Source: a bacterium (GTDB taxonomy: Bacteria > Patescibacteriota > Minisyncoccia > Sungbacterales > HO2-52-23). Taken from it: a DNA stretch of 57,734 bases. The DNA is taken from assembly GCA_030697525.1 (NCBI GenBank), contig JAUYPW010000030.1, positions 1 through 57,734 on the forward strand, in the 5' to 3' direction. How positions within the stretch are numbered: position 1 is the first letter of the stretch; each line of letters starts with the position of its first letter. Shown here piece after piece: positions 26,427 to 34,400 of this stretch. The notes beneath the pieces are model-generated. The model had not been told where the DNA came from, did not search any database, and saw only the letters and a program-made list of their open reading frames with translations. A program made the position numbers and the translations under genes.

Positions 26427-29400
26427 AGTTTTTTGCCGTCAAAATCGGCTTCTTTTTCGGCTTTAAATTCCTTTTTGCCCCCGATTTTTATTTCTTCTGC
26501 GTGTATGCCTTTTAAAATATCCTTACTGTGTCTGGAAATTATATTTTCTATCTCCTCATCGCCGGATATCTGGCAGACAATTACATCTTGCGGTTTTAAT
26601 CCCAAATCCTTTCTTAGGCCCTGTACATTACGAACAAACTCCCGCACCAGACCTTCGTCTTTCAATTCTGCGGTAAGTGTGGTATCTAATTTTATTTCCG
26701 ATCCAAAAATTATTTCTTTCACATTTACTTCATCTTTAATCAGCCCCAACAACTCTAGCTTTTCTTGTAACTTGTAACTTGCAACTTGTAACTTGCTCAA
26801 TGGTTGCCTAACCTTTATCCCCGCCTCTGCCCGCAGACGCAAAGCCTCCGACACTATGTTTCTGACCTCGGCCATATCTTCCTCAATTTTTTTGTCTATA
26901 AATTTTTTATTAACCTCCGGCCAATCTTCCAGATGTACGGATTCTTTGGCTCCGCTTATTTCCTTATAAACAATCTCTGCCAGAAACGGAGTAACCGGCG
27001 CAATCAATCGCGAGAATTCAAACAAAACGTAACGCAGAGTAAGCAGGGCATCTTCCCCGTCCGGTGTGTAGGTTTTAATCCTTTCTCGACTCCTTCTCAC
27101 ATACCAAAGAGACAAATCCTGCACAAAATCAAGCATGGGTCTTGTGGCTTTTACTATTTCATAATTATCCAGATTTTCAGTCACTTCTTTTATGGTGCTA
27201 TGAAGTCGGGAGAAAACCCATTTATCTAAGACATGGGAAAAGTTTTTAGGTTTTTGGTCGTGGTTTTTAGGAAGTTTGTATTCATATAGTTTATAAAATC
27301 CCAAAACATTATATAAAATAAGAGAAAATTTTTTATAAACCTCATCCACTTCTTTTTCAGAGAAGTTAATGTTCTCGGCAAGCATCACGGAAGAGGACAT
27401 TAAATAATAGCGCATGGCATCCACTCCGTATTTGTCAAAAAGCAGCCACGGATCGGGAAAATTTTTCTTAGACTTTGATAATTTTTCACCTTTTTCGGAA
27501 AGAATTGTTCCGCTCGTAACTTCATGTTTAAAAGCTGGCTTGTTAAAAAGAGCCGTGGACAGAACGTGAAGGGTATAAAACCAACCGCGGGTTTGCGCTA
27601 TGTATTCGGAAATAAAATCTGCCGGGAAATTTTCCTCAAAAACTTTTTTATTTTCAAACGGGTAGTGTTTTTCCGCAAAAGGCATTGATCCCGATTCAAA
27701 CCAGCAGTCAAAGACGTCCTTAATTCTCTCCATTTTTTCTCCGCAAGAACAGTCTAAAGATATTTTATCTGAATATGGCCGGTGGAAGTCTACTTCTCCC
27801 GAATCGTTTCTCGGTACAGTGTGATACTCTACCTCAACACATTCGGCGTTATTCAGAGACCAACCCCCAGCTCGAGCCGCTAAAGCTTCTTTATTAGACA
27901 ATCCCTGCATAGCGGAATGAAGCATCCATAAGGGATATTCATGGCTGACGATTAAAATATTTCTGTTTTGATATTTCTTTTCTACTTCTTCAACTACTGC
28001 AAACATGCGAGTACGTAACTCCGTCAAATTTTCTCCTCCAGAAGGTTTAGCAAATACGCGATCTTCGCGACGAGGTATTAGCTTATTGTATTCTTCGATG
28101 GGACCACCATCGAGATTTCCACATGAAATCTCGCTTAGTCTCGGATCAAATATCATTTCGGCTCCCGTGCTCTCTGCCACGATTTCCGCTGTTTGGCGAG
28201 TACGCAAAAACGGAGACGCAATTATTAAATCTACTTTTTTCTTTTTTAATCCAACTAAAGATTTTTCTATCTGTTTTCGTCCATTGAGAGTCAAAGGATG
28301 GATATTTTGATCTTTGCAAGAAAAGATATTTTTAATATTTGATTCTGCTTCCCCGTGTCGCATGAAAATATATCTGTTTTTGGCCTGAACAGCTTTTTTA
28401 TAAAGTTCCTCGCGACCCCCGATGACCTCTATTTTCTTGCAGCCGGAACACTCCCAAATCGGCACGGGCGTGCCCCAAAAACGCGAACGGTTTATGTTCC
28501 AATCTGGCGCATCTTCCAATCCTTTGCCAAAACGGCCGTGTTTTAAATGATCCGGATGCCAGTCAATCTTTTCGTTCAGAGCAAGCATTTGTTTTTTGAG
28601 GGCCGCAACTTTTACAAACCAAGCCGACTGGACTTTGTAAATAAGCGGTGTTGAGCAACGCCAACAAATCGGGTAACGATGAACAATCCTTTGTACTTTA
28701 AGAAGTTCGCCGGTATTTTTCAGATGTTCTATGACAATTCTGCTCGCCTCGCCTGTTTCTTTCCCAAACAAAAAAGAAATTTCGGGGTACTCACGGTTGA
28801 AACGTCCTGAATCGTCCAGTGTTTGCAAGGTGGGTAAATTCTCTTTTTTGCCAAGCAGAAAATCATCCTCCCCAAAAGCGGGGGCGATATGTACCAAACC
28901 AGTTCCCTCGCCTGCATCCACAAAATTGGCACCTACTATTTTGTAAACGCCATGGTTGTCTGTAATTTTAAACAGTGGTTGGTAGCGAGAACCGAGAAGC
29001 TTCTCACCAAGAGTTTTCTCAATCGGCTCGGGAGTATCACCCAATTCATGGGGAGGAGTATTGGCAGACCAGATAAATTCCCCCGAAGCCATTTTAAATT
29101 TTGTATAAGTTATTTCCGGATTTACCGCCACCGCCGCATTACCCGGCAAAGTCCAAGGAGTCGTAGTCCAAATGAGTATGTATTCGTTCTCCTTGTCTTC
29201 CAGTTTTAATTTAACAAAAACAGAGTCGTCTTCCTGATCGCGGTAAGAATTATCCATCGCGATTTCAAAATTAGAAAGAGGGGTTTCGCAACGAGTGCAA
29301 AAAAGAGAGGTACGGGCGTCTTTATAGATCAGGCCCTTTTTATATAATTCGGCAAAAGCCCACCAGACTGATTCCATATAAGTCGCGTCCATAGTCTTGT

Positions 29401-29839
29401 AGGAGTTTTCAAAATCCACGAACCGGCCGATTCGTTTTACTGTTTTACTCCATTCGTTTACATAAGTGAGGACTTTGGAACGCGCAGTCTCATTAAATTC
29501 TTTTATGCCAAATTGCTCAATCTGTTTCCGACCTGAAATTTTTAATTCTTCCTCCACAATGTTTTCAATCGGGAGCCCGTGGCAATCCCAACCCCAGCGG
29601 CGCTCCACCAAATACCCCTTCATCGTCCAGTATCTCCCGACCAAGTCCTTTACTGTGCTTCCCAAGATGTGGCCGTAATGAGGAAGCCCTGTCGCAAACG
29701 GCGGGCCATCATAAAAAACATAGCGCTTGGACTTTCTGCGTTGTTCTACGCTTTTCTCAAAAATTTTATTTCTCTCCCAGAATTCCAGAATTTTTTCTTC
29801 CTGTTCGGGTAAAGAAAGTTTTTTATTCTCCTCTGACAT
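26408..29839 (-). CDS. ileS: isoleucine--tRNA ligase with an inserted histidine-phosphatase domain
   Basis: HIGH region (PHYGHILG), KLSKSKKN (the KMSKS equivalent) and zinc-knuckle Cys pairs are present. The start is set at ATG 29839 (MSEENKK...). An extra roughly 190-aa RHG-phosphatase domain is encoded at about 27818..28381. Confidence 0.9.
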   Translation of the reverse strand: MSEENKKLSLPEQEEKILEFWERNKIFEKSVEQRRKSKRYVFYDGPPFATGLPHYGHILGSTVKDLVGRYWTMKGYLVERRWGWDCHGLPIENIVEEELKISGRKQIEQFGIKEFNETARSKVLTYVNEWSKTVKRIGRFVDFENSYKTMDATYMESVWWAFAELYKKGLIYKDARTSLFCTRCETPLSNFEIAMDNSYRDQEDDSVFVKLKLEDKENEYILIWTTTPWTLPGNAAVAVNPEITYTKFKMASGEFIWSANTPPHELGDTPEPIEKTLGEKLLGSRYQPLFKITDNHGVYKIVGANFVDAGEGTGLVHIAPAFGEDDFLLGKKENLPTLQTLDDSGRFNREYPEISFLFGKETGEASRIVIEHLKNTGELLKVQRIVHRYPICWRCSTPLIYKVQSAWFVKVAALKKQMLALNEKIDWHPDHLKHGRFGKGLEDAPDWNINRSRFWGTPVPIWECSGCKKIEVIGGREELYKKAVQAKNRYIFMRHGEAESNIKNIFSCKDQNIHPLTLNGRKQIEKSLVGLKKKKVDLIIASPFLRTRQTAEIVAESTGAEMIFDPRLSEISCGNLDGGPIEEYNKLIPRREDRVFAKPSGGENLTELRTRMFAVVEEVEKKYQNRNILIVSHEYPLWMLHSAMQGLSNKEALAARAGGWSLNNAECVEVEYHTVPRNDSGEVDFHRPYSDKISLDCSCGEKMERIKDVFDCWFESGSMPFAEKHYPFENKKVFEENFPADFISEYIAQTRGWFYTLHVLSTALFNKPAFKHEVTSGTILSEKGEKLSKSKKNFPDPWLLFDKYGVDAMRYYLMSSSVMLAENINFSEKEVDEVYKKFSLILYNVLGFYKLYEYKLPKNHDQKPKNFSHVLDKWVFSRLHSTIKEVTENLDNYEIVKATRPMLDFVQDLSLWYVRRSRERIKTYTPDGEDALLTLRYVLFEFSRLIAPVTPFLAEIVYKEISGAKESVHLEDWPEVNKKFIDKKIEEDMAEVRNIVSEALRLRAEAGIKVRQPLSKLQVASYKLQEKLELLGLIKDEVNVKEIIFGSEIKLDTTLTAELKDEGLVREFVRNVQGLRKDLGLKPQDVIVCQISGDEEIENIISRHSKDILKGIHAEEIKIGGKKEFKAEKEADFDGKKLWIGIK
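26764..26796. repeat. heptanucleotide tandem repeat CTTGTAA x4.7 inside ileS
   Basis: cttgtaa cttgtaa cttgcaa cttgtaa cttgc, translated on the minus strand as KLQVASYKLQ. Confidence 0.8.
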
Positions 29840-29846
29840 ATTATTT

Positions 29847-29875
29847 ATACTACTGATTTTTGAGCCTAAAATCAA
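29847..29875 (-). promoter_or_regulatory. candidate ileS promoter (TTGATT, 17-nt spacer, TAGTAT) implying a near-leaderless mRNA
   Basis: Read on the minus strand. The -10 element ends 7 nt before the ATG at 29839, and no Shine-Dalgarno sequence is present. Confidence 0.3.
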
Positions 29876-29878
29876 ATT

Positions 29879-29904
29879 AAAAAACCGTGTCTAGGACACG
29901 GTTT
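29879..29904 (-). terminator. intrinsic terminator after the Cys/His-rich mini-ORF
   Basis: On the minus strand: CCGTGTC-CTA-GACACGG followed by TTTTTT. Confidence 0.6.
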
Positions 29905-29918
29905 ATACGGTTTACGAA

Positions 29919-30167
29919 TTATCGTACTGGATCTTCCCCTATTTTCAAAGGTTTCTCTATAAAAAACCCTGCCTGATCTGGACCCCTGTCTGAAGCTCTC
30001 TGCTTTGCGGAGCAACGCTCCCAATGATCCTCGATTCTGACCTCTTTTCTTATTCTCCTGTGGCAAAAATGACACTCATGGCAACAACTCAAGATGTGCG
30101 TCTTAGCCAGTTCCGTATCGCCTCTATGGCATGAGCACCAACAATCGTCCGTACGGATCCAATCCAA
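29919..30167 (-). CDS. candidate small Cys/His-rich (metal-binding?) protein, 82 aa
   Basis: A TTG start lies 5 nt after GAAGGAGG. It encodes ...DDCWCSCH...SCCHECHFCH.... A terminator lies within 15 nt of the stop. No family recognised. Confidence 0.4.
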   Translation of the reverse strand: MDWIRTDDCWCSCHRGDTELAKTHILSCCHECHFCHRRIRKEVRIEDHWERCSAKQRASDRGPDQAGFFIEKPLKIGEDPVR

Positions 30168-30182
30168 AGCTACCTCCTTCTT

Positions 30183-30617
30183 TCAAAAAACAGTGTATTC
30201 ACACTTGTACCTATTAAAACCACTGACAAGCACAGCCCCACCTTCTTCCAAACCCCCTTGTCTCTCCATGATTTCTTCCAGTTGTGCCTCGTGAGTAACA
30301 CAGATTATGTAATCTTCCGGATGATTCTCACATAGGCCATTAAACAGAGTAGCAAGTTCCCAAAAACTTCCATGGTTCAGTACCATGTGTGTATGAATAT
30401 CATATCCGGCACCGAGGATTTTTTTAATGAACCGAGTTGTGCTAAGTACCCGTGTCGCTGGTGAAGAATAAATCAATACCCTTTTGTCACCCACTAGCGC
30501 CTTAATCTTTTCAGCCGTAGTTTGTACTGTTTTTATACCTCTCCTTGTTAATTCTCCCAAATGATCAACTTCTCCGTGTCGTACAAATATAAACCGCGGT
30601 GTAGAAGTGTTGGGCAT
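30183..30617 (-). CDS. small histidine-phosphatase superfamily protein (SixA/PGAM-like)
   Basis: RFIFVRHGE, SSPATRVLST and VTHE motifs. GGAGGG lies upstream of the ATG. Confidence 0.7.
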   Translation of the reverse strand: MPNTSTPRFIFVRHGEVDHLGELTRRGIKTVQTTAEKIKALVGDKRVLIYSSPATRVLSTTRFIKKILGAGYDIHTHMVLNHGSFWELATLFNGLCENHPEDYIICVTHEAQLEEIMERQGGLEEGGAVLVSGFNRYKCEYTVF

Positions 30618-30672
30618 AAACCCTCCTTATGGTAAATAAAAGAACTGGGGGTGTCTTAGCTAGACGAACATA

Positions 30673-32298
30673 TCACATCTTCTCTGGTGTGTCAATATTA
30701 AGCAGGTTTAGGGTGTTTTTTAAAACTAGTTTGGTAGCCAAAACCAAGTTTAATCTGGCTTGAGTCAGACTCTCGTCATCGGTAATCACCCGACACTTTT
30801 CATAGAAATTATGAAATATCTTGGCAAGTTCTGTGGCATATCGGGGTAAGCGCTGCACTTGAAAATCTCGAGCGGCATCCTCCACCACCTCCGGAAATTG
30901 AAGTAGTTTTTTTATTAGCCCTAACGCCACTGGTTCTTTTAATAAACTAAAGTTGGTAGCTTGTAGCTTATAGCTTGTAGCTTGTAGCTTATTTAGAATA
31001 CTACAACATCGCGCATACGCGTATTGCGCATAATAAACGGGGTTTTCTTCGGATTGTTTCTTAGCAAGTTCCAGATCAAAATCTATATGTGAATTGGCTG
31101 AATGAAGCAATATGGAAAAATTAAAACTATCCCTGCCAACTTCATCAAGAACCTCCCTCGCAGTCACGAAATTACCGGCTCGCTTGGACATATTTATCAC
31201 CTCCTTACCTCTTTTAATTCGTACATATTGATACAAAACCACCAGAAATTTTTCTGGATCAAATCCAAAAACTTTCGCCAGCGCTTTTAATCTCGGTACA
31301 TGCCCGTGGTGATTACTGCCTAAAATATCTATCACCAAATCACTGCCGGATTCAAATTTTTCACGATGATACGCCGCATCGGAGGCAAAATAAGTCGGCT
31401 GGCCGTTGCTTCGTACCAGAACCGCCTCCTTGTCTTCTAGAAATTCGTCTTGAGGGGCCAACCACAAGGCTCCATCATGTTCCTTGGCCACCCCAAGATT
31501 TTTTAATTTTTCTACTATTTTTTCTGTTTTGCCGGAGGAGAGTAGTTCACTCTCTTTAACCACTTCATTGAACTCTATTCCTAATTTTTGTATTGTACTC
31601 TGATTTTCTTCCCAGATTTTCTCTATACCGAATTTGGTTAGTTTTGGTAAATCTTTTTCCGATAATTTTTCACCAAATTTCTCCAGAACTTTTTTGGCGA
31701 TTTCTTTCGGGTATTCTCCCTGGTACCCGCCTTCCGGAAATTCTGTCTCCTCGCCCAGTTCTTTTTTATACCAATACCAGATCGTCTTTCCCATTTTCTC
31801 CACCTGGGAGCCTGCGTCATTGTGAAAATATTCCCGCAAGACTTCATATCCTGATTTTTCTAAAACCCTGGCAATCGTTTCTCCAAGTGGGCCCCCGCGG
31901 GCATTGCCCACATGAATTGGCCCCGTGGGATTGGCTGAAATATACTCAACCCGTGCTTTTTTATTTTTCCCAATATCTGAATTTCCATAAGAATTTTTCT
32001 TTTCTAAAACTCCGGAGAGCTCTTTATATAGAACTTCGGGAGGTGCAAAAAAATTAATAAAGCCAGGCTGAATAGCTTCTGGTTTGTAGCTTCTGGTTTC
32101 TAGTTTGCTGATAATTTCATTTGCAACCTCCATTGGTTTTTTACCCAAAATTTTAGCCAGAACCAAAGCCGCGTTGGTAGAATAATCTCCGTGCTCTTCA
32201 TTTTCCGGAACCTCAACTGAAAAATTTAATTCAGACTGTTGGCCGAATTTCTCATTTATAACCTCTGTCAGGATTCTTCTTATTTCAGATCTTATCAT
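30673..32298 (-). CDS. argS: arginine--tRNA ligase
   Basis: N-terminal add-1 domain (PGFINFF), HIGH-like ANPTGPIHVGNARG and the C-terminal DALR anticodon-binding domain. Confidence 0.95.
   Translation of the reverse strand: MIRSEIRRILTEVINEKFGQQSELNFSVEVPENEEHGDYSTNAALVLAKILGKKPMEVANEIISKLETRSYKPEAIQPGFINFFAPPEVLYKELSGVLEKKNSYGNSDIGKNKKARVEYISANPTGPIHVGNARGGPLGETIARVLEKSGYEVLREYFHNDAGSQVEKMGKTIWYWYKKELGEETEFPEGGYQGEYPKEIAKKVLEKFGEKLSEKDLPKLTKFGIEKIWEENQSTIQKLGIEFNEVVKESELLSSGKTEKIVEKLKNLGVAKEHDGALWLAPQDEFLEDKEAVLVRSNGQPTYFASDAAYHREKFESGSDLVIDILGSNHHGHVPRLKALAKVFGFDPEKFLVVLYQYVRIKRGKEVINMSKRAGNFVTAREVLDEVGRDSFNFSILLHSANSHIDFDLELAKKQSEENPVYYAQYAYARCCSILNKLQATSYKLQATNFSLLKEPVALGLIKKLLQFPEVVEDAARDFQVQRLPRYATELAKIFHNFYEKCRVITDDESLTQARLNLVLATKLVLKNTLNLLNIDTPEKM
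30953..30992. repeat. heptanucleotide tandem repeat TTGTAGC/TTATAGC x5 inside argS
   Basis: ttggtagc ttgtagc ttatagc ttgtagc ttgtagc ttat, translated as KLQATSYKLQATN. This is the same 7-mer core as the ileS repeat. Confidence 0.8.
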
Positions 32299-32365
32299 AT
32301 GGATTAAACTTAGCAGGTTTGGGGTTTTATTTCAAAAATTTAAATATACGCGCTATGCTGGTGGC

Positions 32366-32815
32366 ATGAGCAAAGACTTAGCCGAAAACCGCAGAGCAAG
32401 GTTTGACTACGAAATCATGGAGACATATGAGGCGGGAATTGAGTTGCTCGGATTTGAAGTCAAAGCCATCAAAACCGGCAGAGGCAATCTAACCGGCTCT
32501 TTTGCAATAGTAAAAAATAACGAAGTTTTTCTGTTAAACGCCAATGTCCCGCCATACCAGCCCAAAAACGCGCCAAAAGACTACGATCCCCAAAGAACCA
32601 GAAAACTTCTTTTGAAAAAATCCGAAGTCAAAGAATTGCTTGGTAAAACTTCCCAATCCGGACTCACGCTGATTCCATTGAAAATATATTTAAAGCGTGG
32701 TATGATAAAGATATTGCTGGGTCTGGCGCGCCACAAAAAGAAGGGTGACAAAAGAGAGACAATAAAAAAGAGAGAGACTCAAAGAGATATAGATCGAGTG
32801 ATGAAAAAATTTTAG
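32366..32815 (+). CDS. smpB: SsrA-binding protein
   Basis: NRRARFDYEI..., GIELLGFEVKAI and a basic C-terminal tail. It lies immediately upstream of the tmRNA. Confidence 0.95.
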   Translation: MSKDLAENRRARFDYEIMETYEAGIELLGFEVKAIKTGRGNLTGSFAIVKNNEVFLLNANVPPYQPKNAPKDYDPQRTRKLLLKKSEVKELLGKTSQSGLTLIPLKIYLKRGMIKILLGLARHKKKGDKRETIKKRETQRDIDRVMKKF

Positions 32816-33199
32816 GGGATGATCGGCTTCGATGGGTTTTTGAAAACAAAGAATCAAGCTGGAGACGCACGGTGTCTCCACAAATCCTCCGTGCAAACCA
32901 ATAAGTGCAAACTTATTCTCTAACTTCAACAGGCAGCCTGCTTTAGCAACTGCCTAATGAAGTTCCCCGGCTTTACGTCGGGGCATCGGCCAGCTTATGC
33001 TCGTTCGGCTGATTACCGGTGTTATACTCCGAGCTACGCCCCGTGCCACAACTTGTTGTGATTCGGGGTTGGCTTCTCTGACTGCTCGATACGAGAAGCG
33101 ACATTATCGGGTAAAATAGTTCCGATTAGTTGGAACAAAGCTTGTATAAATTCTTTGCTGGATTAAATCCAGACGGGGGTTCGATTCCCCCCATCTCCA
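32815..33199 (+). ncRNA. ssrA: tmRNA (SsrA)
   Basis: The 5' end GGGGAUG pairs with the 3' end CAUCUCC, including the G3-U pair, followed by the discriminator A. T-arm GGGGGTTCGATTCCCCC. The tag reading frame at 32907-32954, GCA AAC ... GCC, encodes ANLFSNFNRQPALATA, followed by a TAA stop at 32955-32957. CCA is not encoded. Confidence 0.9.
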
Positions 33200-33296
33200 T
33201 TACCAAGTTTTTTGAGACACGCAAAGGAGAGCAGGATTCGAACTTGCCTTTTTTGGGGCTTGATGCTATATTTTATACCTAAATAAATTTAAAGCC

Positions 33297-33812
33297 ATTC
33301 AAAAGCACTACAAGATAAATCATTATATTCGGGTGTCTCCTGTCAGGGTTATTGGAGAAAAAGGAGAGAATCTCGGTACCCTGGAAACCTCCGAAGCTTT
33401 GAAATTGGCCCAGGAACAGGGCTTGGATCTTATTGAAATAGCTCCGACTGCCAAACCTCCCGTATGCCGTATAATGGATTTCGGCAAGTTCCGTTACGAG
33501 AGAGAGAAAGGAGAAAGAGAGCGCAGCAAGAATCAAAAAGAATCCGAATTGAAAATAATAAAGATAGGATTCACCACGGGGAAACACGATCTAGAACTGC
33601 GAGCCGGACAAGCCAAAAAGTTTCTAGAGAAGGGGGACAAGGTTAAAATAAATATGAATCTAAGAGGACGAGAGAAAGCCCACGGACAGGTAGCCATGCA
33701 GAAATTTAACGAGTTTTTAAAAATGGTTCCGATGGAATATAATCTAGAATCTCCACCCAAAAGATTTCCTCAAGGCATAACAACCGTCATAACCAAGAGT
33801 ACGGTCAAATAA
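33297..33812 (+). CDS. infC: translation initiation factor IF-3, probably with a non-canonical AUU start
   Basis: The track ORF starts at GTG 33333, but the conserved IF-3 N-terminal motif (KINHYIRVSPVRVIG) extends upstream. No ATG, GTG or TTG lies between the upstream in-frame stop and 33333. An in-frame ATT lies at about 33297. Confidence 0.8.
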   Translation: MQKHYKINHYIRVSPVRVIGEKGENLGTLETSEALKLAQEQGLDLIEIAPTAKPPVCRIMDFGKFRYEREKGERERSKNQKESELKIIKIGFTTGKHDLELRAGQAKKFLEKGDKVKINMNLRGREKAHGQVAMQKFNEFLKMVPMEYNLESPPKRFPQGITTVITKSTVK

Positions 33813-33817
33813 AAAAT

Positions 33818-33997
33818 ATGCGAAAAGCGGTATTAAAAAGAATCAAAATCACCAAGACGGGCAAACTGCTCCACAAAAAGGCGGGGCAGAATCATTTTAA
33901 TGCCAAAATGTCGAGAAGGTCTCAACTTAGAAAAAAGAATTTGGTTGGTTTCAGCAAAACCATGGAGAAAAATTTTAGAAATTATTTAACAAATTAA
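33818..33997 (+). CDS. rpmI: 50S ribosomal protein L35
   Basis: 59-aa ORF, below the track's size cut-off: MRKAVLKRIKITKTGKLLHKKAGQNHFNAKMSRRSQLRKK.... It occupies the canonical position between infC and rplT. Confidence 0.85.
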   Translation: MRKAVLKRIKITKTGKLLHKKAGQNHFNAKMSRRSQLRKKNLVGFSKTMEKNFRNYLTN

Positions 33998-34012
33998 GGC
34001 TTTTTATACAAA

Positions 34013-34357
34013 ATGGTCAGGGTCAAGCGCGGAACAACATCGCTAAAAAGACGAAGATCGATCCTTAAACAAACCAAGGGGTTTCGTTGGGGTCGCAAAA
34101 ACAAAGAAAAACTGGCTCGAGAAGCCTTGCTTCATGCCGGCCTTCATTCCTTTTCGGGACGTAAGAGAAAAAAAAGAGATTTCCGCCGACTGTGGCAAAA
34201 TAAAATAAGTGCGGCTGTAACCACCGAAGGGCTATCCTATAGTAGATTCATAAATGCCCTATCCAAGAAAAACATAGAACTCGATCGTAAGGTTTTAGCG
34301 AAACTAGCCGAAGAACATCCAGAAATTTTCTCTAAAATATTGGAATCTGTTAAATAA
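34013..34357 (+). CDS. rplT: 50S ribosomal protein L20
   Basis: MVRVKRGTTSLKRRRSILKQTKGFRWGR... is typical of L20. Confidence 0.95.
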   Translation: MVRVKRGTTSLKRRRSILKQTKGFRWGRKNKEKLAREALLHAGLHSFSGRKRKKRDFRRLWQNKISAAVTTEGLSYSRFINALSKKNIELDRKVLAKLAEEHPEIFSKILESVK

Positions 34358-34368
34358 CGATACATAAC

Positions 34369-34395
34369 AAAAATCCCGCCGCGGCGGGATTTTTG
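34369..34395. terminator. bidirectional intrinsic terminator between rplT and the ABC permease
   Basis: AAAAATCCCGCCGCGGCGGGATTTTT, a GC stem flanked by an A-run and a T-run. Confidence 0.7.
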
Positions 34396-34400
34396 TTATC

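Noticed and set aside
29872-30075. 67-aa ORF (GTG start) in the HP-ileS spacer.
   Set aside because: It reads through the intrinsic terminator hairpin and the putative ileS promoter. It has no ribosome-binding site. The other frame (29919..30167) has a Shine-Dalgarno site and stops before the terminator.
32664-32929. Two minus-strand ORFs (68 and 79 aa).
   Set aside because: They overlap the 3' end of smpB and the tmRNA gene, so they are artefacts.
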